A stretch of DNA of 64,000 nt from Lingula anatina (taxonomy: Eukaryota > Animalia > Brachiopoda), in assembly GCA_051362555.1 (NCBI GenBank), contig CM120643.1, positions 11,754,644 to 11,818,643 of the forward strand, read 5' to 3'. How positions within the stretch are numbered: the stretch's first letter is position 1; every line of letters begins with the position of its first letter. The notes below the pieces were generated by a model. The model made no database searches and was not told the DNA's origin. It worked only from the letters and a program-made list of their open reading frames with translations. Made by a program: the position numbers and the translations under genes. Of this stretch, positions 28,308 to 42,600 are shown in pieces.

Positions 28308-28461
28308 TCATCAATGAGCAGTTGATCAGCGAGGCCATGTTACCAGGGTTAAGGTGTCTACGGCAGGACATGGCGCAGGTGGCACCAGAACTGGAGTCTG
28401 TGGTGTCGTCACTCATCAAAGACTTTGAGACTAAAGTAGAGGCACCCAGGCCATTGGACAG
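28308..28461 (+). CDS. RELCH: RAB11-binding protein RELCH (KIAA1468), penultimate coding exon
   Basis: cctcag| ... |gtatgt; encodes INEQLISEAMLPGLRCLRQDMAQVAPELESVVSSLIKDFETKVE, matching the recalled vertebrate RELCH motif LPGLRCLRTDMEHLSPEHEVILSSMIKECEQKVE. Confidence 0.88.
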
Positions 28462-29378
28462 GTATGTATGATATACAGAATTTGAAACACATTGTGTTTA
28501 ACACTTTCATATAGCAAAATTAAAATTTTAATTGGCTCAACTTTTCCTAAGTCACCAAGGTATATCATGTACAAAACTGTTCACAGAATTATGACCCATG
28601 AACCTGTTTTTGAGTTCTAAGTACCTAGTTTTAATGGACATAGAAACTGGCGAATATCATTGTGGATGGTTGAAATTAGAAATTTATATTTATAAAATAG
28701 GTCAATTTTTCAGTGATAGATTGAGAATAAATTTGTGAGACAGTGCCAAAATCTCTCTCTTGCTCTCTCTCTCTCTCTCAAATTATCATGGGCACTTCAA
28801 GTTAAATCCCCTTGCCCGTCCTTTGTCAGTTTTAGAAGCGCGAGTTCTTCAGGTTGTCAACTGTGGCATATAATCACATTTACAATAACCAGCATCACAT
28901 CGGCAGCTCATACATTTGTCACTCACCCTCATTTTTCCCTAGTTTTCTCCTGCATATTTTGAAGGAAGACAAGATTAGATATACATATCTTCACATTTAA
29001 GTTGCTTTTGATATGGCCACCTGAGATATTAAAGTTTCCTCGCAGTGTTTGTATTCAGACTGATTGCCAGTTTGTATTGACATCTTATGTCTCAGGGGAC
29101 TGGGTCTTTTTTCTGAATATAAATTGATGCTGGTGTCAATAAAGATTCAGTAGCTTTAGATATGATCATTGTGTTTTCTTTGAAGAAGGACGACCTGATA
29201 GGTTTTAAAGAATTGATAGTTAAAAGTATAGTCATGAGGTTTCTGAGAGGCTCTAAAGCTGAGGGTGTCTGGAAGAAGATTTATTCTATCGAAAAACATG
29301 GAAGTAAAATAATTATTAAATGAGATTTGAAGACACTAAATGAAACCTGTCCAGACTTCCATTAAAATGATAAACTAG

Positions 29379-29381
<3 letters not shown>

Positions 29382-29433
<52 letters not shown>
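29382..29433. repeat. (TA)n microsatellite
   Basis: Direct reading. Confidence 0.95.
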
Positions 29434-29436
<3 letters not shown>

Positions 29437-31779
29437 TCACATTCCCATTAACACTTATTACTATTCTGTGCAGGTATTTTAATACTTAGTTCTTTGGCAT
29501 TTTCCCAACAAAACTGGAAAGTAATAGATATTATATTTAATTAAGGTGCAACTAATGGGCTGTGGGGAAATTAAAATCAGCTTCATCCAAATTCCCCATG
29601 TACATTTATGAAAGCAGTTTAGAGGATGCACACTGTAGGTAGTATATACCAATTGGTTTGTTACACCAATGCATTTTTGTATATTATTACAGTATTTGTT
29701 TTTTTCAAATAAATATACAAGTGGATAAAAAGTGTCTTGTATTCAAGAGATTTGAAGCTTGTTAGTTCCATGTGTCGCGGGTCCCGCATCAAATATAACA
29801 ACCACCAAGGGAAGAGGTCACATGTTTATTCATGCATACAAACAGACAGGCAATGTATGGTGGCATGGTGCATGGTGAAAACTACAATACAAATGATAAT
29901 AGTCAAATAATGAAATGCATATAAAAATACAATATAAATTAAGTGTTCTTAATATAAGTTATATGTTCTCACGTTTAAATTACAAATATAAGCAGATTAA
30001 TAAATTAATCTCATGAAATTCGGAAATGTCTCACTGTCAATAAGTTTCTCTTAATTTCATCAGCTATGTACTTATTTATTTAACTATGATTAACAAAATT
30101 GTATTTATGTGTACACAAAATATGGGCTATCACAGTGGTGGTGACTGGCAGACACTGCCAAAATACATGATTTGTATGTACGGGTTATAATGCTTTTTGA
30201 ATAATAGTACCTCATGGGCTCATTGTCATAATGTGAGGCACTTGTGGTATATTTTTTTAATATACAACATCAGTTCAACAGTTTGTTCAGACTAACTGTA
30301 CAATTTCCAAATGTTAAAAAAGAAATTATTGATATATGCATGATGAAAACTAATCTCAGTAGACCATTGCTCTGGAGCATTACGATTGATTTGTGTCACG
30401 TAACTGAGTACGATGAGGTGAAGATGAAGCTGTTGGTGTTGTATAGGCTGTCTAGTACTTGACAGCCAACTGATGACTTTGTACTTTCTGTAATGGTGGA
30501 TAGAATACTAAGTTGTTCATATCCGTACCACCGTATATCCATTGCTGCAATTTCTGGGCCAACATGAAAATTGAGAATATAGTTTTACTTTTCTGTTTTG
30601 TTTTCTTAAATATTTTTATTGGTTTATTTGTTATTTACTATTATTTTTTATGATAAGTGTGGTAACTTGATAACAAGAGAGAGACTTTCTCTTTTCCTCT
30701 CTATGATTTGGAAATGTTTCATCTAACACTTGAAATAAATATGGACAATATGCTGTGTAATACCTAGGCGCTCTCTCTCTCTCTCTCTCTCTCTGGGTTT
30801 CATGTTAAGTACATTTAACATGATTTTCTCTTCTATTTTTTATCTCTTGTATAAAGTTGGTAAGAGAAAACTTAACTGATGTTTATCTTAGCCCAGATAA
30901 AAGCTGTCAAAAATGGAATTTTTCTTAAGCCCTGTATTGCCAAGAGCCTAAAGAGCAGATGTAATCCTAGGGCTCATTCCCATTGTAACTATCTGCCCAC
31001 ATAGATCGATCCAACTCCATGGGGACTCCAGCTGAATGCAGTCAGTTAAACAGATCAACATGCCTCTTCCTGGTATTGAGTATAATACAGAAAAGCTGGT
31101 GATAATATGAGTATGGGCACATTCAGAACCAGTTGCAATTAAATCTCTACACACCTTCAAGTGGGTGGCACCATATTTGATCCTCGATCTAGACAGTCCG
31201 TAGATCGACTGGTTCTGAATGCGGCCTATGTTGGAAACAAGAGTTGGCCTGTTAATCCTAGTCACAATTATGTTAAGTGTAACCTAGGACCCATGAAACC
31301 GTTTCATGGATCCTGGGTGACAAAAAATACTTTAAGTTTGCACTTTTATTGAGTTTGTCTGCTTGTTGTATGCTTTATCTGTGTTATGATTCCCTTTTTT
31401 TTTAATTCCTCAGTTCACTACTGTATTTTTCTAACATGAACTATTTGTGAGGCAGCCAGCTGGGTGTATATTCTGTTACACCATATTATGTCACACATAT
31501 TAAATTATTAATCAGGGGCTAATCCAGGATAATTTGAAAGGGGGTCCACAGATGCGAAGCTGACCCTCCCCTCCCTCCCTCCCCCCCCCCCCCCAACTGC
31601 TGGAGGCCCCCGAAAATTTTTGGTATTTTAGAGGGTGAATGGTACCATTTGGTATGGTTTGGAACTATGATTCAGCTTGTCAAATATTTAGTGACATTGT
31701 GTAATTGGTTTGTATTTTATTTGGTAATAATTACACCTGTTAAAGATAATATTCACTGTTATTTTTATTATTATTCCAG

Positions 31780-31927
31780 AAGTGGCAGCATATCTGCTGC
31801 AGTGTCAGCAGTGACAGGGACAGGAGCAGACAACATGAAGACCAAAATGATGAATACCTTCAAGGACATCAAGGACAAGTCCACGTCCTCTCGGGCAAAT
31901 ATTGCCAGCATCTTTAGAAAGAAGTGA
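31780..31927 (+). CDS. RELCH: RELCH terminal coding exon
   Basis: Acceptor ttattccag|, phase-2 compatible with the previous exon; SGSISAAV...MKTKMMNTFK...NIASIFRKK* resembles the recalled RELCH C-terminus (GSMSIAA...TKTKFLNK...LANVFQRKK). Confidence 0.85.
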
Positions 31928-32991
31928 TGAAAGACTGAAAGTTTTATGTCAAGTGAAACCAGGAATAATCAAGTGATGATAGTCTATTTTTATAAATAGA
32001 TGGCAGCACTGTCAAATTAGTTATTGGCAGGGGTTGGTGAGCTGGAGTGGGGGGGGGGGGGTACATCAGGGATGTGCACATGTGGTTCGTATTCAATGAT
32101 AAGGTGAACATTAAAAAAAGCATGAATATTAATGTTTATAAAAGTATGTGAGCTGTTACCATGTTGGAAAATATTTCAGGTAAAAAATTGTGGACACAGA
32201 CCCAAGCTGTATAGTTTCCAGTCTGTGAGTGCTTGTGAGTTTTTTTTTTTTTTTTTTAATAGTGCAGCTCAAAATCAAGCTGTGAATATGAATATTTTGG
32301 TGATATAAATGAGGCATATGAGCTTAGATATGAAATGAAGTTAAGAATTATATGTACTAGCACACAAATGTGAATGACAACCGGACCTGTTACAATATGT
32401 GATTGGCATATCTTGAAAATAAAAGATAAACCACATTTAATCATAAAAATGCCTTAATTGGTAAAAAGTGTTTACCATACATGTAGTTCATAACTGATCC
32501 ATTAAGGGATAAGGAGGAATTTTCATCCAGAATCCTATAAAGGGAAAAAACGTAAAAATGTCACAATTGTTAGTTAAAAGACAAAATGTAAAATTGCCAT
32601 AATTTGGTGCTGGGTGTTAATAACCTGTGAAAAAGCATTTTTGCTGAGTCCTGCTTCCTAGTTTGTATATTTGCATGATAATGCTTAATGGTATTTGTAT
32701 CTCTGTCTGATGAGGAATGAAATCTGTAGGGGGTTAAGATATTTTTATCCCAAGTAGTGAACTAAATCAATAGTTTTCTTATTTGACCAGTTGGAAAGGC
32801 AGGTACAACAGTTTTTTTTTCTTTCTTTCTTTTAATTGTCATAAATTATATGCATAAGTTAAAATGCAGGATGTCGTCATGGTTAATTCTCACCGTGCCT
32901 ATTAATTCTCATCATACTATAGAATTTACATTAGGTTGGTGCACAAGAGGCTTAACTATTCCATACTGCCCTGGCCTTTAGGGATAGTGCC

Positions 32992-33356
32992 AACTAGTTA
33001 AGCACTCTGAGAGTGCAGACCTCCGCCAAGGCAGCAGTTTTTGATTATTATTGATTATTGATCCGGATCACCACCAAAAACTAATCATCTCTTCATTGGC
33101 CCACTTCCGACCTACCCTGAAAATTTCATTAAAATTGGTCCATAACTTTTTGAGTTATGTTGATGATTGATTTTTGATTATTGATTGATTTTTGATCTGG
33201 ATCACCACCAAAAACTAATCACTTCTATGTTTACCCATTTCCGACCTACCCTGAAAATTTCATCAAAATTGGTCTATAACTTTTTGAGTTATGTTGATGA
33301 CGAACAAACAAACAGACAAACAGGGGTGAAAACATAACCTCCTTGGTGGAGGTAAT
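32992..33356 (-). mobile_element. Non-autonomous Helentron-associated element (HINE/DINE-like)
   Basis: Sub-terminal inverted repeats acctccgccaagg / ccttggtggaggt; terminal hairpin gcactctgagagtgc; (aaac/agac)n microsatellite; two ~135-bp internal tandem repeats. Confidence 0.8.
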
Positions 33357-35199
33357 TAACCTGGAGAGACTTCAATGGATTATTCCTGATAGCACCTGGG
33401 TTTATCATTATGGGTCAGAACTTTAATGCTAAATTGAAAAAAAAATTGCGTGTCTATTAGAAATATTTTTCATAGGTTTATTGCTTTGAATATATTGATA
33501 TAAGTATTTCTGATTAGAACATGACATTGTTGCCTCTGGTGGCATGTTGTTGTGAGTCAAATGGTGCCCAATTTATTTTTCACAGCTTGAAATAAACCCC
33601 AGATTCACACAACCATTGGCATGCACCAGAAATTCTTATTACTATTATCAGTTAGTATTCAGCACATTAACTGGATTAATAATTATTTGGAAATTGTATG
33701 GTATTTATTATGTGTTATTTATTGATGTTTTAATAAGGCAGATGATTGTTATGTGCATCTGTAATTTTATGTGGAATATATTGTACTTTATATTTGTTGG
33801 ACGTTTTTTTTTTTTTTTTTTTTTCCTGTTTTGTGCTTTGAGCAAGTTTCAATCTAGTTATTAAGGTGCATTTATGTGTCCATGCATAGACAAAGTAAAA
33901 CCTTCATGTGTTACTAACTGTTACACTGGTAATATAATTCATATATTATTTGTATACATGATTAATCTCTTTCTTATTCATATGTAGAAAAGTGATCATC
34001 AAAACTAATTAACTAAGCCATATTTTAAGGGTGCTGTCAAAAAAGCAAACTGAGAGAACAGCTATTATTTTGAAACTGCATACCATACAACCTTAGCATG
34101 ATAGAAAGTGTGGGTCATTGCAAAACAAACCAGGACTATTAATGTGAAGGATGATGTCGTGTTGTAAGCTTAAACTCTGGTTTCTTACAAAGTATGGTTG
34201 TGATGTATATTTTAGTTTTATTTCTTCGTGTTTGTGTGTTGCAGTTATTTCAAACAGAAAACGTATGTTTATTGAGTGACTTTGCAATAGGCTTCTTTGT
34301 TCAGGTTCACTTGATGAGTGGAAATTGCATACATAATGGCATTATCTTTTAGCTCTAAATTCATTTACAATGTTTTGTGTAATTTTGCAAGAAAAAATAT
34401 TGTTTGCTACCTACAATCATTCCGTCACTGCAAATGTACCTGAAACTGTTGGGTGGATGCTTTATTATTTCCTGTGATCCTTAAATGTGCATTCTGTAAA
34501 CAATGATGTTTTATATGCATGTATGAGAATATAGTTACATATCTTAAAAAAGAAAACAAACCAGCCAAAGCTGGCAAAATATACTGATGACTGACAAAAT
34601 AATAAAACGTATTCTAACATTGAACTTCTAACTGTCCTGGCTCTCAGTGATTTTAAGACATAAAAATAATACAATAAACTGACAATGCTACAGTTGAGAA
34701 GGGAGATCACAATGAGTTTGCTGTGCTCCATGATGCACAGTATGGATGTGCTTTGGGTCATGGGCATTCTCTTTATCCAAGTGTAAAGAGTGAGGAATAT
34801 ATGGAGATTTTTTTAAAACAACAACATCAGACACTTAATTCGCAAGTAAATTTAATATGAGACAAAGAGATGCGTGTTTCAATTTTAGCAAAATACCACT
34901 GGACTTGTGAAAATAAACACCTTAATACTTACCCCAGCTCCAGGTGGCTTGGGCTAATAAATGCTGATTGGAAAAGTATATATTGTTTATATTAAGTAGT
35001 AAGTTAAGTAACTTAAGTTAAGTAACATTGAGTTTTGGTACCTTGTATTGAAAAAATGATGTTTGCAACGGATATATTATTTCCTTCTTTCTTTCTGGAG
35101 GAGGAAAAGGTAAATCAAATTTAATGGACATTTTTTTCAGTTTCTCCATTTATTAATGCAGCGAAGTAGTGCACAAAGCAAAAAGGAGAAAAGAGGAAT

Positions 35200-36130
35200 A
35201 TAGGTCTTCTGATCAATGATCAAATCAGCCCCGGTAGAAGGGTAAAGAAGGGAGAATCCTCCAAAAAAAAAGCTAAGAAAGGGACGAAAAAAGGACGAAA
35301 ACTGCCGATAAGGCTTCGGTAGACAACCCTCCACGGGGCGAGGAGGGCGATTCCGAGGACTCAGAGTGGATCGTTGTCCACTCCAAAACCAAAAAAAAAA
35401 AAAAGTGGACACGAAAACAAAATACACGAAAGACCTAGACCCATACTGTTTGAAAATTTGCCTATGCATTTGGAAGATAATCTCTTTAAAGTAAAAAAAG
35501 GTACTCGGTGATGCCACGATCACCAAAATCGTCAAAACCAAGAAAGGTAACACCCTCATCTTTACCAAGGATGAGATCTCTACTGACAGGCTACTTGCTT
35601 TAAAAACCAAGGAAAGCCAATTAAATGAGGTTGACTTTAAAAAAGTAGCTATTAAAAAACAAAACAAAGAAAATCTGAGCGTCGTCGTCTGCAATATAGC
35701 TACATCAATAACGGACGACGAAATAAGAAAATAAAAAGGTCTAGTAGCTAAGCGCATGTTTAATGCTAAAATGGGAAACGAAATCAACAAGGTTAAAATC
35801 ACATGCGAAGACAAAAAAAGAAACTTGCTCAAGAACATGGAATGGTGCTTGTATATCAGAATTACAAAATACTTGACTATAAACCAGTCACAACATCAGT
35901 GAGACAGTGTTATTACTGTCAACAGTTCGGGCACGTAGCCGCACACTGTAAGAAAACCGAGACCTGCAAAAACTGTTGAGGGGCGCACAGTCAGAGAATA
36001 CAAATGTGCTATTTGCAAGGAAGAACATCCGGCATCATTCAAAGGATGCAAGGTGCATAAAAAAGAAATAAACTCTGAACAAAAATGCATACCAATAGAC
36101 AACGCAAAAAAGGAAATGTGACCGAATCTA
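35200..36130 (+). mobile_element. Degenerate LINE ORF1 (gag-like, I/Jockey group)
   Basis: Three CCHC knuckles from 35908: CYYCQQFGHVAAHC, CKNC*GAH, CAICKEEHPASFKGC; contains stops and frameshifts; A-rich + strand; ends approximate. Confidence 0.8.
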
Positions 36131-37757
36131 TGTAATATTGGCAATATGCCTAGCAAAACTGTTCATCAAAATGGCCAGTGGCGGATTTAGAGGGGAGTCA
36201 GGGGGGTCCTTCGGTTTCTGAAAAAATATTCCCCTTTTGAAATTAGACTCTGCCTAATCCTCTTTCGAGATGGAGACTTATTGTGCCTTCAAATAAACCA
36301 GACTATAATTCAAATGAAAATGATTTCAACAGCAACCCCTCAATCAAAATGTGCCGAACCCGTTGTAATTTGCATAACAGAGAGCCGCTCAACGCAGTGC
36401 GCACTACTCGTATCTTTTTGACTGGTCACTTGACAGCTGCACACTGTAAGGACAGGACGCTGATATGTGTGATGAAGTCGCAGAGCCGGAATTTTCATTC
36501 AGCTTCGAGAATTGTAACAAATTTGTCATGTGAGTAAAAGCTTTTCATGTTTTTTTACGAGTTCAAACTACCAGATAATAATTTATTATTATTTTACTCG
36601 ATCTAAACTTTAAGTTGGCCTGAGTAGTTAGTTGACTGAATTTGAGAAAAGTTGCATAGTGATATCTTTAAAAATCTTGAAAAGCAGGTGCTGCCAGTAA
36701 AAACACAATATAATATGAAGAAAGTTATATTAGATAGTTTGATTTTTGGTGCCCAGATGCTGTCCCTTCAATGTCACTCACTGTCCGTAATTAGGCCACC
36801 TGAACACATTTCTTATTTTAAGCACTTCCGTAGTACTTGATATATGTGTGAACCTTCTCAGATGCCTACATTACAAACTGATCAGTATAACAGTGCATTT
36901 AGTTTTACCGGTATTTAAAAAAAATTCCCATATCTACAATTGGAACATTAACGAGAGAAAACTATTTAAGTTTTTCACGATGACTTGTGTATGTTAGCCG
37001 TCTAGACTCTAAAGCTTTGACTTAAGGTTATTGTAACCTTTTATTATCATCCAGATACCAAAAATGAGTTTTTCCTTTATCTAATTATTCAATAATGCAT
37101 CTAACTTTGTGCTGATTTAAAACGATGGAAAACTCGAAAATATAAAATATCGGCTTTTTTTCGTTGCCATGTGTAAGCACGGGCAACTCAAAGCTTTAAT
37201 CGTCAATTAAACACCATTCTATTTTGCTGCTAAACAATAATTTAGTACCTCCTAGCAGCTTCAGTAGGCGTGACAGACATCCAAGCCGCTTAACTTGATT
37301 GCAATTTAGCAAGAATCCCATGGGAGATAGATCGATCCACAGTTAATACGATAGGGTCTGGAATGGTCCCTTTACCTTGTAAATGCTTTCCAAAAGTATT
37401 GTGATTCATGTGATTCTTCTCATCGTGAAATATCAAAATTTTGCATACAAATCTTGAATACAAATCCTGTTTATTCGACTTTTTGAAATTTGGTCTTCAG
37501 TTAGCCACAATGTGATTTTTTCGGCATGAGCAGACGTTTTTCTATTTTCAGTTAATCTAATCTTTATTCGGATTCTATGCTTTCGAAGATTGAAATATCG
37601 CCATTTAAATGTTTTTTTTTTTATATTTCAGAACTGCAAACGCCTTTTCCGAGATCCTGCCGAGTGTACGTGACGTATTCTCCGAGACGTATTTTAAAAG
37701 CTGCCGCAGATACAGATCCATTTGCACCACAGATGTTATATGTTGACAATTGTACAT

Positions 37758-37791
<34 letters not shown>

Positions 37792-38744
37792 ATTTTTAAA
37801 CACATTTTAACATATTGAAACAGTACACTAAGATCGATTGTGTTCCCTTTAGAAATTATACTTGGAATCGATCCTTTATATATATATATATTACATGTAC
37901 ATTAGGGACTGATCATGACATATTTTAAATTATACCTTAGGGCATGCTATGTACATCATTTTATTTGGAACCAATCCAGCTTCTTTTTAAATTCATCTGA
38001 TTATGCAATTGTGCAATTATTTTCAGCGTGTTTGCAAATCACAAATTTCAAAGTTGAGATTAAAAACGCAATTTTCACGATGTTGAAGCTGTTTAAGATT
38101 GTTTATTTAGCCAATCAACTACCTTATCATATTATTATAATTTGTATTGTATAAGTCAATTTTTATTGTTAATATTTTCACTTGTGAATGAGAAACAATT
38201 TATGAAAATAAATTACTTTTTGGGGGGTAGTTTTTGATTCAATCTTAAATACACAGAATTAAAGTAAAATTGATATATACTGGATATTTATAACCTATAC
38301 TATACTCTCTTTAGAATGCATTTTTTGTTCTCCAGATAAAATCTAAAACTGCTTTTTAATTTTGTAAATGAAAAACTTGAAATTAACACAAAGCAGTTTC
38401 ATTACAATTGCACGAAATATTAATATGAATAAATTCTGTAGGTGCCAATTTTCAGATTTATCATTTCCGGTCAAGTTCAAACGGTTAATACCGCCTGTCG
38501 GCCTATTCTTTTTCTAATGAATCCAGTCTTGTTCAAAGACTGTTCTATTTCTTCATTCTCTTTTATTACTTGAGCACACAAATCGTACTGTAAATATTTG
38601 ATTTTCGTGGTTTTCTGTCATTACAAATGTCATATAATAAATAATTTATACATTGAATATTTGGTCTTTGCTTGTAGAATGATATGAATGATACTCGTAT
38701 GACTGCATTGATATGAGTGAGAGAAAAAAACCGTCCAGTTTTTG

Positions 38745-39175
38745 GGCGAGTCTATCAAATTTGAGGGTGGGAAAAGTTCATTCGATTTGAGGGGTGTCAA
38801 ATGGGAGGACAGTTCCATTTCATTTTAGGTGTGACAAGTGGGGCGAGTTCATTTCATTTTAGGTGTGACAGGTGGGGCGAGTTCACTTCATTTGAGGGGT
38901 GACAGGTGGGACGAGTTCACTTCATTTGAGGGGTGGCAGGTGGGACGAGTTCACTTCATTTGAGGGGTGGCAGGTAGGACTATTCCATTCCATATGAGGG
39001 GTGACAGGTTGGACGAGTTCACTTCATTTGAGGGGTGACAGGTAGGACTATTCCATTCCATTTGAGGGGTGACAGGTTGGACGAGTTCACTTCATTTGAG
39101 GGGTGACAGGTGGGACGAGTTCACTTAATTTGAGGGGTGACAGGTGGGATGAACCATTTCATTTGAGGGGTGACA
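38745..39175. repeat. 34-bp minisatellite, about 12-13 copies
   Basis: Unit gagttcacttcatttgaggggtgacaggtgggac, with variant gactattccattccat units; degenerate at the left edge. Confidence 0.92.
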
Positions 39176-39642
39176 TGCATGTTGCTACAAACAAATTTAA
39201 ATCTTATGAATAGATTGCAAGATTGTAAATTTCTTTATGATAAAATTTAGATATTCTTTCAGCGGTTTAAACCATTAATGTCCAATTTTATATTCACAAA
39301 ATACTGTGCATAATTACAAAGCTTTAAACCATTTCTATTTTAAATATCACCAGGTTTCATAAAAAAAAAACATTCCCAAAAGAAAATTACACAATCTTTC
39401 CAGATTGAACTTGAAACAGTTACCACATCTATGTAATCTTTCCCCTTTCCCAATTTAATATTGCTGTGCTGTGTATTTTATATTAATATGAAAAAATAAC
39501 GAGGAAATATAGAAATATTTATTCGGATTTGACATAAGAAATACATGAAATTGAGCATGATATATGTCAACCAAAGACCTTGATGTTTGCAGGCCCATGT
39601 TGCACAGTTTCTCCGTGGGCTTCTGAAATGACAAAATAACGC

Positions 39643-42600
39643 ATAGAGACATTATTTTGATTCAACTGACAGACTCAGATCATTTTGGCTTATTCTAGAG
39701 AAGCACAAAACATCTAATTTGAACATTTTCTTTTAAGAACGTATGAAATAAATTACACATAACTTGGATGAAAGTAAAATCAAGTTTTAATATAGTAGTT
39801 GGTCGTATAATGGAGGGACATAATACGGCACACTGGAGACGGTAGTGAACCTGCGTAAAACTTTCATCTGTAAACCATCGCTTTATGAGCAATTAACATG
39901 TGCGTGAATGTGCGTTGTATTATATTAAGAACACTTACCTTACAAAAAGATTTTTGACAGCATGTCAATCTTTAAGCATAAATAGATTGCCCAAGTGTAA
40001 TCTGAAAAAAAGTAAGAGAACTTTAATCGCTATGTGGATCCTTATTTTTGTAGTAATAATAGAGACATTATTTTGATTCAACTGACAGACTCAGATCATT
40101 TTGGCTTATTCTAGAGAAGCACAAAACATCTAATTTGAACATTTTCTTTTAAGAACGTATGAAATAAATTACACATAACTTGGATGAAAGTAAAATCAAG
40201 GAGTTATAACAGAAGGAGATTACACGCAAGCCTTTCTATTGTCCGATGTCTGTTACGGTGGGCGGAGCTAGCTACGGGGGGCCTCCGGTCTCAAGGTTTC
40301 GTCTGCGTCGCTCTCCTCAGCTTGGAGATAAATTTCATATGCGTTATTTCGCGTTAGAATTCGAGATCAGTAATGTCAAAGCGCCGCTGTATGCTGACGA
40401 TTTTTTTCACAGGTAATTATTTGGACGATGTGCTGGAAGGGAACGATACCATAGAAAGCGATTATAAGGTGGTGACTGAGGATGGTCGCCATGAGCTTTA
40501 TTTAGTCGGTGATAGAGGGCTTTTTTATGGCACAACCCGGTGAAAAATCACCAAGGAGAAGTCAAAAGAAAACGTCCCAACTGTGGTTTGTGAAAATGAC
40601 ATTCAAGTGAACGTCTGTCCTCACTGCCAAAGGACATAATATTAATACATTAACGTTTGGACCCTCCTGCCCTTGGGTCCCATAAACATATACATTGTGA
40701 CAGTGCCTACGCTTTGTGTCTGGTTTTAAATTTCTTAAAGTATTTTTTCTCTCACTCGGTATAATTTTAATATTATAATGCATTTAATTAAAATTTTAAT
40801 CCAAGGTTGAGGCAATACCACGACACGTCAGTTTACTGAATACTCGTTATAAATTTCTTTATCTTGGAAATTTCCCTTTTTTTTCAGGATTATTTGACAC
40901 GTACTAACACTGTTCATATTTGTCGGTAAACAAGGGCACAGTGCTATACATTAAGAATAATTTTTATTCATTCATAAATATATTTATGTACAAAATATAT
41001 CAGAAATTTTAGTATTCACTGAGCTCTTTAAAGTGAAACAAATAAAGATGAGAATATTGAATTTCAAACTATTATTTACTATATTAACTTAAAATATCTT
41101 TTAAGTCAACTCTATACTCAAGCACTCTATACTCTATACATGAAAGTAGCATCTGTGAGTAAAACCATTTTATTATATCAATAGAAGAACAAAAACAAAA
41201 ATTTTACACATAAGCAGTAATAAATGAAGTCATAAGAATGATTAAGTTGCTACAGTTTTCCAGTTTTATGCAGTCTATGATGGCATTTTTTTCAACCGTG
41301 CAAATAGAAATAATTATATTCTTTTTTATCTGACTTGCTGATACCAGTCTGTGCCAGATACTATTCCACTTACAGGCCAGCAAGGTCTGAGAATCTAATG
41401 GGCCGAATGAAAAAAAAATCCTAGAAGATAAAGTGGTTAATTCTTACAAATAGGATAAAAAACATGGGATTTTCAAAAGGTTATTATAGATCAAGACAAC
41501 ACTTAGTAAGAACATTTATAAAATGTAACAGCTGAAAAAATTAACTGGTAAGTAAGCAGTAAGTGACTGCTTTAAAGAAATTTCACTGAAACAGAAATTT
41601 CACTGGCAATCAGGTAGACTGTTATACCATGGCACTCAACAATTTATATATAGGTTTTGAATTTTTTTCCACGTAACAGTAACATAAAATTTATGTCCAC
41701 TTTTGCAATGTATAGAGTCAGTTAGGTGACTGAAAATATTTTAAAATGTCATAAAGGAGCACTATTAATTTAATGCAATCTCTGTTGGCCAGTCTTATCC
41801 AGTTTCTTCTCCAAAAAGGACAACTCAAGTGAGAATTTCTTCAGGGCCTTTTCTTCTGCCTTGCTAATGCCATGCCACTCAGAAAAGAGAGAAACCTGTA
41901 GGTTAGAAAAAAAAAACATAATAATAGCATTATGAACTACTAGTATCCATGTAGACATTATGGAATTACGCAGTGAAGTTTAATGTGTCTTGTTATGACT
42001 TGACTGAAATAATGTTCACCACATAAATGAACAATTTACAACTAAATTTATATAGAACATCAAGATTCATGATTACAAGCTAATAACCCCAAGAAATTGA
42101 AAGAAATTGTACTTATTACAAGAAATTATTTAAATCCGCCCTGGTTCCTACTCTTCTGACAGGACAAAAAGGGGATTTCAGAGAGGCTGGTTGCTAAAAG
42201 GAAAATGCCCAAGGTTGTTGTATTTTGAAAAAAAAATTAAAAAGGGTACTGTTGTTAGTGAATGTTTAATGCATCTTAGGCATTATGACAAAAGTAACTT
42301 ACCCCAGACACACTGACCTCCTTTTTTCATTGACATATTTTAATTTTTTCCAGCCTGACCATAATTCATATATTCAATGCAGCCTTCTCCCATATCTATA
42401 ATAGAAAAAAAAAACTAGAGTAGTGTTAAGATATGCATGTCAAATTCATTATCAATTTTGAGAGAATTTCTGTTTCAACACTACAAGATGAAATATTTAA
42501 TTTCAAGTAATGAATAAACCTTAATAGAGTTCTATTCTTTTGTAACCACCAAGGCAAAGCTTCTTCCTTAAAATGAACTGAAACATCCAAGCTTGCCACC

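Noticed and set aside
29773-30134. Possible solo LTR (TG...CA)
   Set aside because: No TSD and no second copy to support it
34926-34940. atacttacc resembling the U1 snRNA 5' end
   Set aside because: No U1 body follows; it is only the complement of a splice donor motif
35137-35838. 233-aa hydrophobic ORF on the - strand
   Set aside because: Antisense of the A-rich LINE ORF1; the Phe/Leu richness is compositional
38745-39175. CRISPR-like periodicity
   Set aside because: No unique spacers, no cas genes, eukaryotic context
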